Below, in pieces: positions 17,691 through 26,055 of a stretch of DNA of 34,267 nucleotides. Below the pieces are notes generated by a model, which had not been told where the DNA came from, did not search any database, and worked only from the letters and a program-made list of their open reading frames with translations. The DNA is from Sulfurimonadaceae bacterium (GTDB lineage Bacteria > Campylobacterota > Campylobacteria > Campylobacterales > Sulfurimonadaceae), in assembly GCA_041562555.1 (NCBI GenBank), contig JBFEXS010000011.1, forward strand, positions 1-34,267, in the 5' to 3' direction. The position numbers were made by a program, and so were the translations under genes. Position 1 is the stretch's first letter, and each line of letters opens with the position of its first letter.

Positions 17691-19184
17691 ATGAAATATA
17701 ATCTGCTGGTTTCTTTTGTCGTCTTTATATCCGTGCTTGTCCAAGAGATATCTGCGAACAGTATCGAAGATGATCTAAGCGGGTTTATTGAGGAGACGTC
17801 TCCATCGGAATCTGCTATGACAGAAGCCCTTGGTGAAGAAGGTGACTTGAACGGTTTCATGGATGAAGAGGTCCTGGAAGGTTTCGATGATGATCCATTA
17901 CCGGTTCAGAGTAAGGAAGAAGGATTTTCCGAAGAAAAGAGTGACCATACATTGAGTGGAGATATCGCTTTTAAAACATCCATAGGTTATCAAAAACATG
18001 AAGTTGACGGCTCAGACTACAGCGGGTTTAATCAGGCGCAGACAGCACTTTATATTCAATATGACAGCAGGCTCTCAGATGATTGGAAAGCACGTATAAG
18101 TGCAGATGGGTTTTATGATGCTATTTATGATCTTCGCTCCAACGAAGATTATAGAAATACGGTCAAAGACGATTACCGGACACAGCTGAGACTGGATGAT
18201 ACCTATATACAAGGTCGCTTAAGTTCAAACCTGGATATCAAGGTAGGGCGACAGGTCGTTGTCTGGGGTAAATCGGATAATATCAGAGTAACCGATGTGA
18301 TCAACCCCTTGGATAACCGCTTGCCGGGAATGATTGATATTGAAGACCTGCGCCTGAGTGTCGGTATGGCGAAGTTGGACTATTATCTAAAACAGTGGAA
18401 TGTCTCAGCGATGGCAATTGCCGAAAACCGTATCATGATCGAAGCAACACCGCGGGGCGAGTTCTTTCCTGTAGATTCGATTTTCAGTGTTCCCGGCGGA
18501 GTGGTTGACCCTTTTCCTCCTTTGCGCACACCCTCCAGCTCCTTGGAGAACATGCAATATGCTTTCGCGCTCAATGGAATCTTTGCGGGTTGGGATCTCT
18601 CCTTTTACGCAGCTGACGTCTTGGATCAAAAATGGCATTTCAAAGAGCTGCCTGTACCGGGTGTTCCTTTGAGTAGCCGGACTGTCTCGAAGCTGAAGAT
18701 GCTGGGCTCCGCGTTTAATCTTGCCTATGGTTCATGGCTCTTAAAGGCAGAGGTCGCACATCTGGATGGAGTGAAATATAATACGACCTTAGATGACAAA
18801 CGGCGTCTGGATACCCTGATCGGTCTTGAGTATATGGGGATTACTGATAGTACGATCTCTTTGGAGGTGGCCAATAGACATATCTTTGATCATGAAGGAC
18901 AGATGCAGAATCAGGCGGATTTTGTCGATAAGAACGAGATGCAAAGTGCACTTCGCATAACACACTCCTATGCCAATGATACTCTTAATACGACAGCCTT
19001 GATCACGCTTTTTGGTTCCTCTTTGGAAAATGGTGGTTTCTTCAGGCTCTGGAGCGAATACGACCTGATGGATGCGGTCAGTCTTAATGTAGGCATTGTC
19101 GATTATATAGGTGGAGATAAACCGCTAAGCGAAGCGATTAAAGATAATGACAGGATATTCGCAGATATAAAGTACAGCTTTTAA
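17691..19184 (+). CDS. Outer-membrane beta-barrel protein, DUF1302-like, with acidic N-terminal extension
   Basis: Signal peptide; KVGRQVVVWGKSDNIRVTDVINPLD; C-terminal DRIFADIKYSF with terminal Phe. Confidence 0.8.
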   Translation: MKYNLLVSFVVFISVLVQEISANSIEDDLSGFIEETSPSESAMTEALGEEGDLNGFMDEEVLEGFDDDPLPVQSKEEGFSEEKSDHTLSGDIAFKTSIGYQKHEVDGSDYSGFNQAQTALYIQYDSRLSDDWKARISADGFYDAIYDLRSNEDYRNTVKDDYRTQLRLDDTYIQGRLSSNLDIKVGRQVVVWGKSDNIRVTDVINPLDNRLPGMIDIEDLRLSVGMAKLDYYLKQWNVSAMAIAENRIMIEATPRGEFFPVDSIFSVPGGVVDPFPPLRTPSSSLENMQYAFALNGIFAGWDLSFYAADVLDQKWHFKELPVPGVPLSSRTVSKLKMLGSAFNLAYGSWLLKAEVAHLDGVKYNTTLDDKRRLDTLIGLEYMGITDSTISLEVANRHIFDHEGQMQNQADFVDKNEMQSALRITHSYANDTLNTTALITLFGSSLENGGFFRLWSEYDLMDAVSLNVGIVDYIGGDKPLSEAIKDNDRIFADIKYSF

Positions 19185-19232
19185 GGGGCCATTTGAAAAA
19201 GGATGTTCCCAGTCTGTCCTTCTGCCTGTTTT

Positions 19233-19250
19233 TTGGCACATTTTTTGCGT
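19233..19250 (+). promoter_or_regulatory. sigma54 (RpoN) -24/-12 element
   Basis: TTGGCACATTTTTTGCGT: GG at 19235-36 and GC at 19247-48, exactly 10 nt apart; matches TGGCAC-N5-TTGC; intergenic. Confidence 0.7.
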
Positions 19251-19313
19251 CTCTTAGACTCCTTTTAGCTAACTTCCTCTAAAATATCTAAAACAGATAT
19301 AAGATAGATAAAT

Positions 19314-19583
19314 ATGAGAATAGATAAATTTTTGAATGCCGTCAACTTGACAAAACGCCGTGCTGTAGCGCAAGATATGATCTCGAACGGGGTTGTTTCT
19401 ATCAATGGCAAGGTCGTCAAGGCGAGTAAGAATGTCGAAGTAGGCAATATTATCGAGCTTGCCTATTTAAAAGGTGTCAAAGCCTACGAAGTCCTTCTTC
19501 TGCCTACGCTTAAATCTACCCCTAAATCTGAACAAGACAAATACATCAAAGAGATACAATCTGAAAATGAGGAAGAAGCCTGA
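19314..19583 (+). CDS. RNA-binding S4 domain protein (Hsp15/RqcP-like)
   Basis: MRIDKFLNAVNLTKRRAVAQDMISNGVVSINGKVVKASKNVEVG. Confidence 0.92.
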   Translation: MRIDKFLNAVNLTKRRAVAQDMISNGVVSINGKVVKASKNVEVGNIIELAYLKGVKAYEVLLLPTLKSTPKSEQDKYIKEIQSENEEEA

Positions 19584-20569
19584 TGAATTATGATGAAGCG
19601 AAAAAGGCCTTTGAACAACTTTTTGCCCATGAGATGAGTGATGAGCAGATGCGGGACTTCTTGGTCTCCATGCGGCTTGATGAGACGACTTCCGTCGAAT
19701 CGATCGCAGCGGCAGCGCATGTGATGCGTTCTAATGCCATCGCACTCCCGATTCCAGCTGAACTGCGACCCAAGCTACTGGATGTTGTGGGTACAGGCGG
19801 TGACAAGATAGGCTCTTTTAACATCTCATCGACAGTCGCACTTCTATGTGCGGCGGCAGGTGCTTTTGTGGCTAAACATGGCAGTCGGTCGGTTACGTCA
19901 AAATCGGGTTCGGCGGATATGTTTGAATCTCTTGGCGTGCGACTCGATCTGAGTATTGAGCAAAATGCGAGATTGCTTGAAGAGACGGGGTTTTGTTTTA
20001 TGTTTGCACAAAATCATCATCCCGCTATGAAGTTTATTATGCCGGTTAGAAAGAGCATCTCCGAGAAGACAATATTTAATGTACTTGGTCCTTTGACGAA
20101 TCCTGCAGGTGTAAAAAAGACGATGTTGGGTGTCTTTGACAAATCCTTTGTACCAAAGATCGCAGAAGCCTTGAAGATCAATGACGCTTCTTCGGCTATG
20201 GTGGTAAGTTCAAAAGAGCATATGGATGAGATCTCGATCTCGGATATCAGTTATGCTGCCCGATTGGAAAATGACCACATACATGAGTTTGAGATAGATC
20301 CGTTGGCTTATGGGATAAAGCGCGCTCCGCTGGAGGCTATTGTCGGTGGAGATGCCAAGGATAATGCGATTATTCTTCATAATATCTTCAAGGATACTGC
20401 AACGGATGCCCAACGGGATATCGTCATGATCAATGCTGCAGCAGCCTTGATGGTTGAGGGTATGGCAAGGGATATCCAAGATGGATTGGAGATTGCCCGA
20501 GAGACGATCCTGAGTCAAAAAGCGATGCAAAAGCTTCAAGAGATCATCAAGGTGTCTGAGAAACTGTGA
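19583..20569 (+). CDS. trpD: Anthranilate phosphoribosyltransferase
   Basis: DVVGTGGD, FNISST, AKHGSRSVTSKSGSAD, HHPAMK, TIFNVLGPLTNP, DEISI. Confidence 0.96.
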   Translation: MNYDEAKKAFEQLFAHEMSDEQMRDFLVSMRLDETTSVESIAAAAHVMRSNAIALPIPAELRPKLLDVVGTGGDKIGSFNISSTVALLCAAAGAFVAKHGSRSVTSKSGSADMFESLGVRLDLSIEQNARLLEETGFCFMFAQNHHPAMKFIMPVRKSISEKTIFNVLGPLTNPAGVKKTMLGVFDKSFVPKIAEALKINDASSAMVVSSKEHMDEISISDISYAARLENDHIHEFEIDPLAYGIKRAPLEAIVGGDAKDNAIILHNIFKDTATDAQRDIVMINAAAALMVEGMARDIQDGLEIARETILSQKAMQKLQEIIKVSEKL

Positions 20570-20976
20570 AAACGTTTAATTTGGGATTGGATGAACTGGA
20601 TGCGATTGCACAAGAGATCGTTGCGCGCTTGCCTGAAGGCGGGGTAGTAATACTTGAAGGTGATCTGGCTGCCGGCAAGACAACCCTGACGCAAGCTTTT
20701 GCTTCTTATCTGGGGGAAGAGGGGATTGTGACTTCACCGACGTTTTCTCTGCAGCAACGCTATGGACAAAAGCTGTATCATTATGATCTGTACAATAAAG
20801 GTTTGGAGAATTTTTTAAGTTTGGGGCTTTTGGAGGAATTGGAAAAAGAGGGATATCATCTGATCGAATGGGCAGATGAAAGTCTCAAGGTGTTTCTAGA
20901 CGGTGCAGGTGTGCCCGTCTTACATATCAAGATAGAAAAACAAGAGAATAAAAGAGTTTATCAATGCATACACTAA
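20566..20976 (+). CDS. tsaE: tRNA threonylcarbamoyladenosine biosynthesis ATPase TsaE
   Basis: LEGDLAAGKTT, VTSPTFSL, HYDLY, IEW. Confidence 0.95.
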   Translation: MKTFNLGLDELDAIAQEIVARLPEGGVVILEGDLAAGKTTLTQAFASYLGEEGIVTSPTFSLQQRYGQKLYHYDLYNKGLENFLSLGLLEELEKEGYHLIEWADESLKVFLDGAGVPVLHIKIEKQENKRVYQCIH

Positions 20977-21686
20977 AAGCCCAAGGCTTAGTCAAAACGA
21001 TTAAAAAGACGCAGATTGTTCGCGGCATGTCCCTTGAGGTACATAGCGGTGAGGTTGTAGGACTGCTCGGTCCTAACGGAGCAGGGAAGACAACGACCTT
21101 TTATATGATCTGCGGTCTCGTGGAATCTACCGAGGGCGAAGTGTTTTTTGACGGAGACAACATCTCTAAACTCCCTTTACATAAACGTGCGGTCAAAGGG
21201 ATCGGTTATCTGCCTCAAGAGTCTTCGATCTTTAAAGATCTGACAGTAGAGGACAATCTTTTGGTTGCAGCAGAGGTTAATATCAAAGACGAAGATGCCC
21301 GTTATGTACGTATTGATGAGCTTCTTGACCTGTTTAACATTGAGCCTATCCGTCACCGAAAAGGAGTAAGCCTTTCTGGAGGTGAGCGTCGTCGTGTCGA
21401 GATCGCGCGTGCCTTGGTCAATGCACCAAAGTTTTTGTTACTGGATGAACCTTTTGCCGGGGTCGATCCGATAGCGGTAATGGATATCCAAAGTATTATT
21501 AATCAGTTGACTGACATTGGCATAGGTGTACTCATCACCGATCACAATGTGCGTGAAACTTTAGCAGTATGTGACAGAGCTTATGTAATCAAGTCCGGAG
21601 AACTTCTTGCTTCGGGAAGCAGTGATGAGATCTCCGAAAATGAAGATGTCCGCCGCCATTACCTCGGTGAGAGCTTCAAGTTTTAA
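20964..21686 (+). CDS. lptB: LPS export ABC transporter ATP-binding protein LptB
   Basis: GPNGAGKTT, YLPQESSIF, LSGGERRRVEIARAL, LLDEPFAGVDP, ITDHNVRETL, YLGESF. Confidence 0.97.
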   Translation: MHTLKAQGLVKTIKKTQIVRGMSLEVHSGEVVGLLGPNGAGKTTTFYMICGLVESTEGEVFFDGDNISKLPLHKRAVKGIGYLPQESSIFKDLTVEDNLLVAAEVNIKDEDARYVRIDELLDLFNIEPIRHRKGVSLSGGERRRVEIARALVNAPKFLLLDEPFAGVDPIAVMDIQSIINQLTDIGIGVLITDHNVRETLAVCDRAYVIKSGELLASGSSDEISENEDVRRHYLGESFKF

Positions 21687-21770
21687 GATGGTATTCGAAG
21701 AGATGAGAACGGGACTGACTAAAAGCTTGCCTCTCTCTTCAAAAGGTGTGGATGTACTTAAGGAGTGTTT

Positions 21771-23045
21771 ATGGCCTTAAGGACTTCTCAGAATGTTGAG
21801 AATAAGACAAAACTCTCTTCCACCCTGCGTAACTGGCTTCCCATACTGCACTCCTCTCTAGGTGACCTTGAAGAAGCGATGCAGCCTTTTGTAGAGGGAA
21901 ACCCGCTAATCGAAGTCAAGTCCGGATATGAAGAGAATTTTGAGAAAAAACTTCCCAAGAAGGTCCTCTACGGACAAGGGGTGAAAAACTCGCAAACCGA
22001 GCAGATCGAAGCACTTACGATTGCAAACAAATCTATATATGATGTCCTGGATGAACAGATCGATTCCAAGCTTTTTCCTACACCGATTTCGCAAGAGATC
22101 GCGTACACGGTGATCGAAAACCTGGATGAGAACGGTTTCTTTGAAGGGGATGTGGCTGAACTCAGTGAAAAACTGGGAGTGAGTGCTGAGGAGTTTGAAA
22201 AAGTCCGTAAGCGCTTTGCTTACCTGGATCCTATCGGTATTGCCGCAAAAGATGTCAAAGAGTGTTTTATGTTTCAACTGGATGATATCTTTATCTCAGA
22301 TGAGGGATATTCACTGGCAGTGAAGATCATTGAAAACCTTGAAGATATCCACTCCTTTGCCAAAGAACCGCATTTTGATGAAGCACTGAAGGTCATTCAG
22401 AGTTTTCGAAATCCTCCGGCTATTGAATATTTTGAAGATTCGGATCAGGTGATCTGTGATCTGATGATCTATTTTAATGATGATGGAGGCATTGAGGTGA
22501 AGATCAATGATGCCTATTACCCGGCAATTACCATAGATACAGAGTATGGCGTTGAACACGAATATGTCACGGCGAAGATCAAAGAGGCAAAATCCCTGGT
22601 AGATGCTCTGGATATGCGACGGGCTACTTTGTATAAAGTGGGATTGATGATCGTAGAGTATCAATATGAGTTCTTTACCGGCGGGGCGATCAAACCTTTG
22701 ACACTTAAGACCTTGGCTGACGAGTTCGGACATAATCCCTCGACGATATCCCGTGCGATCGCCAATAAATATATCGCCTGTGAACGGGGAATATTTGCGA
22801 TGAAAGAGTTTTTTACAACGGCGATTGATGAGGATGTCTCCAATGCCGCTATCAAAGAATTTTTGAGTGAATTGGTCAAGAACGAGCCCCATCAAAAACC
22901 ACTTTCGGATATGAAACTGCTTGACCTTATCCAAGAGAAGTTCAAGGTCAAGATGGTCCGTCGTACGATTGCCAAGTATCGCAAGCAGCTGAATATTGCC
23001 GGTTCAAGCGAACGTAAAAAGCTTTATCTTCTGGGTGTAGGGTGA
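21771..23045 (+). CDS. rpoN: RNA polymerase sigma-54 factor
   Basis: AAGGAG RBS then ATG 21771; LDENGF, DPIGIAA, PLTLKTLADE..HNPSTISRAIANKY, PLSDMK, RpoN box VRRTIAKYR. Confidence 0.97.
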   Translation: MALRTSQNVENKTKLSSTLRNWLPILHSSLGDLEEAMQPFVEGNPLIEVKSGYEENFEKKLPKKVLYGQGVKNSQTEQIEALTIANKSIYDVLDEQIDSKLFPTPISQEIAYTVIENLDENGFFEGDVAELSEKLGVSAEEFEKVRKRFAYLDPIGIAAKDVKECFMFQLDDIFISDEGYSLAVKIIENLEDIHSFAKEPHFDEALKVIQSFRNPPAIEYFEDSDQVICDLMIYFNDDGGIEVKINDAYYPAITIDTEYGVEHEYVTAKIKEAKSLVDALDMRRATLYKVGLMIVEYQYEFFTGGAIKPLTLKTLADEFGHNPSTISRAIANKYIACERGIFAMKEFFTTAIDEDVSNAAIKEFLSELVKNEPHQKPLSDMKLLDLIQEKFKVKMVRRTIAKYRKQLNIAGSSERKKLYLLGVG

Positions 23046-23794
23046 AAAAAAAAGATACAGAACTCAAACTGAGACTGGATGCAGAAGTGGATGCCAGAAA
23101 CCTCAGAGAAGAGGTTAGTGAAGAGAAGCCCGATCCGATATTGATTGCCCGGGAATACAAAGATGAATACAGTGCTTTGGTGTGTGCTTTGTTCGCTTAC
23201 GGAAAGGTAGAGAACATCATCAGATTCCTTCGTTCTCTGGATATGTCTTTGATTGATGCAGATGAGAAAACGATACGAACAGGCCTGAGAGAACATTATT
23301 ACCGTTTTCAAAACTCAGAAGATATCATCCAGTTCTTTATCTCCCTTTCACGGCTCAAAAAAGAGGGCTCGTTGAACGCATGTTTTTTAGACGGGTATCG
23401 TAAGGATTCAGATGTGGTGGAGGGGATCAATGCTATCTTGAAAAAGATAGGGCGGCTTAACCCTTACACAAGTCGGGGGTATGGTTTTTTGGTCGGAAAA
23501 GAGACAAAAAAACGTAAGGGATCCGGTGCGTTGAAGCGATGGAACATGTACCTCAGGTGGATGGTGCGTTCTGACAATATCGATATGGGATTATGGGAGG
23601 GGGTAGATAAAAAAGACCTGCTATTCCCGCTGGATACACATACCTTTTCCATGGGACATAAACTTGGTCTGCTTAAGCGTAAGAGTTATGACCTTGAAGC
23701 TGCATGGGAGATGACGCAGACACTTAAGAAGTTTGATCCGGATGACCCGGTTAAATATGACTTTGCCCTATATCGTCTTGGACAGGAGTCTTAA
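23042..23794 (+). CDS. TIGR02757 / DUF2400 family protein
   Basis: ALFAYG, YRFQ, KRWNMYLRWMVR, DMGLW, PLDTH, DPDDPVKYDFALY. Confidence 0.92.
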   Translation: MKKKDTELKLRLDAEVDARNLREEVSEEKPDPILIAREYKDEYSALVCALFAYGKVENIIRFLRSLDMSLIDADEKTIRTGLREHYYRFQNSEDIIQFFISLSRLKKEGSLNACFLDGYRKDSDVVEGINAILKKIGRLNPYTSRGYGFLVGKETKKRKGSGALKRWNMYLRWMVRSDNIDMGLWEGVDKKDLLFPLDTHTFSMGHKLGLLKRKSYDLEAAWEMTQTLKKFDPDDPVKYDFALYRLGQES

Positions 23795-25257
23795 TCCTTC
23801 GGTCGGTAGACCTTGACATTGTCTGTCCCTTTTGCATCCCTTAGGTATTGGGCATGCAGTTGACTCATGATGCCCTTGTCGCAATAGAGTAGATACTCTT
23901 TGTCTTTCGGGAGTTTGTCAAATTCTGTCTTAAGTTGATGAAATGGGATCTTGATGTTTTCACAGGGAGTCTCTATACATTCTCCTTCTGCCCGGATGTC
24001 GATGACAACGTGTTTGGCAGGATCAAGTTCATGAATGACTTCTACGGCTGCGAGATTGTTGACATCGGCAACGATCTCATCCACATAAATATGCTGAGCC
24101 TCTTCTACCGCTTTATCCAGCACAGTGTAATCAAAACGCTCAGCCTCTTTTTTCATACGTTTAAAAGAACCATGAGTGATCGGATTTTGCGAGATGACGC
24201 CGCAATATTCAGGCATGTTCTCCGCAAAATGTCGGGTGCCGATATCATTGGCGATGGAGATGATCTCAGGTTTGTTCATGGTAGACAAGGGTCTGAGGAT
24301 GAGTTTGTTGCTGACTTGATCGATCAGGGCAAGATTTCTTAGTGTCTGGCTAGAGACCTGTGCGACACTTTCCCCTGTCAGGAGAGCATCAATACCCATC
24401 TCATCAGCGATCTTTTCCGAAGCCATGAGCATAAGGCGTTTAAGGGTGACGCCCATGTAGGTCTGTCCGGTGGAGCGGAATATCTCTTCAACGACCCCTT
24501 CAAAAGGAACGGAGATGAACTTGACTCTGTGGGAAGAGCCAAATTTCGACCAGAGATAGAGAGCAACCTGTTTTACACCGATCTCGTGAGCAAGCCCGCC
24601 AAGGTTAAAAAAGATGAAGTGCGTCTTGATACCCCGTTTCATTGTCAGGTAGGAGGCAACGGTTGAATCGAAACCGCCCGACATCAATGAGAGGATATCC
24701 CCCTGCGTACCTATAGGAAATCCGCTAAGGCCCTTATACTTGGTGGTGATCAAGTTCAGCTGGTTGTGAATCAGTTCCATACGGATAGTGACTTCCGCAT
24801 TTCTAAGATCAACACCCTTTGCCTGTGTATGAGCAAGAAGATATCCCCCTACGGTCTGTTCGATCTTTGTGGAGTTGAATGGGTGTGTTCCTGTACGTTT
24901 GACCCTTACGACAAAGGTCTTCTCAGAAATCTCGTCGGCGACATGTTCGTGTACTTTTTGTTTGATCTTTTCAAGGGTGTCCATGCCTTCAAACTGCAAG
25001 ACTTCGAGGATATATTCGATACCGGATGTGTTTAAGAGTACCTGTCGTACTTCTGGGACATCTGTTTTGGGAGCTAGAACTTCTATCTTGTCAGAAAACT
25101 TTTTAACCCTTATATCTTCGCTGAGACGACCCAGTATCTTAAGAAGGTTCTCATACAGCTGATTGACCATCTGCTTTCTGGCAGAAGAACCTTTGACCAT
25201 GATCTCCGGAAAAAGTTTTAAAATGAATTTTTGAGTGTTGTCTGAGGTGGTTTGCAC
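23791..25257 (-). CDS. thiI: tRNA 4-thiouridine synthase ThiI with C-terminal rhodanese domain
   Basis: KLFPEIMVKG, THUMP region, PP-loop SGGFDS, TGESVAQVSSQTLRNL, MPEYCGVIS, C-terminal LLYCDKGIMSQLHA. Confidence 0.96.
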   Translation of the reverse strand: MQTTSDNTQKFILKLFPEIMVKGSSARKQMVNQLYENLLKILGRLSEDIRVKKFSDKIEVLAPKTDVPEVRQVLLNTSGIEYILEVLQFEGMDTLEKIKQKVHEHVADEISEKTFVVRVKRTGTHPFNSTKIEQTVGGYLLAHTQAKGVDLRNAEVTIRMELIHNQLNLITTKYKGLSGFPIGTQGDILSLMSGGFDSTVASYLTMKRGIKTHFIFFNLGGLAHEIGVKQVALYLWSKFGSSHRVKFISVPFEGVVEEIFRSTGQTYMGVTLKRLMLMASEKIADEMGIDALLTGESVAQVSSQTLRNLALIDQVSNKLILRPLSTMNKPEIISIANDIGTRHFAENMPEYCGVISQNPITHGSFKRMKKEAERFDYTVLDKAVEEAQHIYVDEIVADVNNLAAVEVIHELDPAKHVVIDIRAEGECIETPCENIKIPFHQLKTEFDKLPKDKEYLLYCDKGIMSQLHAQYLRDAKGTDNVKVYRPKD

Positions 25258-25287
25258 GTTATATAAGCCTTGGTTGTTGTAAGTGGA

Positions 25288-25296
25288 ATTATAACA
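25288..25296 (-). promoter_or_regulatory. Extended -10 promoter (TGTTATAAT) of thiI
   Basis: Reverse complement of attataaca, 30 nt upstream of GTG 25257. Confidence 0.6.
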
Positions 25297-25344
25297 TAAG
25301 CCTAAGAGAAAACTGCTTTGTACAAGGTGGTGTTTTATGGGTGT

Positions 25345-25360
25345 AAGGGGAAGTCCCCTT
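25345..25360 (-). terminator. Hairpin downstream of OMP gene (possible intrinsic terminator)
   Basis: AAGGGG-AAGT-CCCCTT perfect stem 10 nt after the stop at 25371; the U-tract on the minus strand is poor. Confidence 0.4.
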
Positions 25361-25370
25361 GATTTCTATT

Positions 25371-25871
25371 TTAGAATTTGATCTCAACACCGAAAGAGTA
25401 GTTAGAAATCGTTTCACCCAAAACAGTATAGTCTGCATACAGACGCAGGTTGCTTTCAATCTTGTAGGTAGCACCGAACCCACTGCTTAGGATAAGATCA
25501 CGGCTGTCGATATCATCTTTCATATTCGGAAGTATCGCACCGATCTTGGGACGAAGTGTCAATTTAGAACCTGGGATGTCAATATCAAACGTGGCATAGG
25601 TCGCCAAGGTCATAACATCTATATCTCTGTTCGCAGCATTCTCAGGATCAGAAAAGGACTTGTTAAGTTCAACCTGGATGCCCAGACCATCAAGTGTATC
25701 GTCCAGCTCAAGACCTCCTCTCAGGCTCATTCCAAGACCGGCATCACCGTGCTTGTTGGTTGACATAAGACCGATTCCGGCACCTGCATATAAGCCTTGG
25801 TCACCAGATGCCATCTCTTCTGCGTATGACACGGAAAGTAAAAGAGACAGTGCCAATAAAATTTTTTTCAT
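25371..25871 (-). CDS. Small outer-membrane beta-barrel protein (OmpA-like/porin family)
   Basis: AGGAG RBS; signal peptide MKKILLALSLLLSVSYA; GLYAGAGIG; alternating beta strands; terminal SFGVEIKF. Confidence 0.85.
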   Translation of the reverse strand: MKKILLALSLLLSVSYAEEMASGDQGLYAGAGIGLMSTNKHGDAGLGMSLRGGLELDDTLDGLGIQVELNKSFSDPENAANRDIDVMTLATYATFDIDIPGSKLTLRPKIGAILPNMKDDIDSRDLILSSGFGATYKIESNLRLYADYTVLGETISNYSFGVEIKF

Positions 25872-26055
25872 TATTTCTCCTATGAAATTTTTTATGATTG
25901 TACAGGGATATGATTAATAGATGACTTATGAAACGATTCTTTTACATAGGATGGATAAAATTCCACAGTAAAAACTTTTATGAAATATTTATATCTATTG
26001 GTTAAACTTATAATTATAGGGTCGGGTAATATAGTGTTTTAGTTTGGGGAAATGA

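Noticed and set aside
19196..19234. Possible terminator after the DUF1302-like gene
   Set aside because: The AAGGA/TCCTT stem is weak and separated from the T-run, which runs into the sigma54 element.
22311..22934. 207-aa antisense ORF inside rpoN (similarly 9134-9757, 3653-4207, 13313-13849, 14468-15031, 33008-33631)
   Set aside because: Shadow ORFs opposite well-supported genes; no recognisable motifs.
23045..23053. A9 tract at the start of the TIGR02757 gene as a phase-variation site
   Set aside because: It is in frame and encodes KKK; phase variation in this phylum mainly uses poly-G/C tracts, and A-runs are common here.
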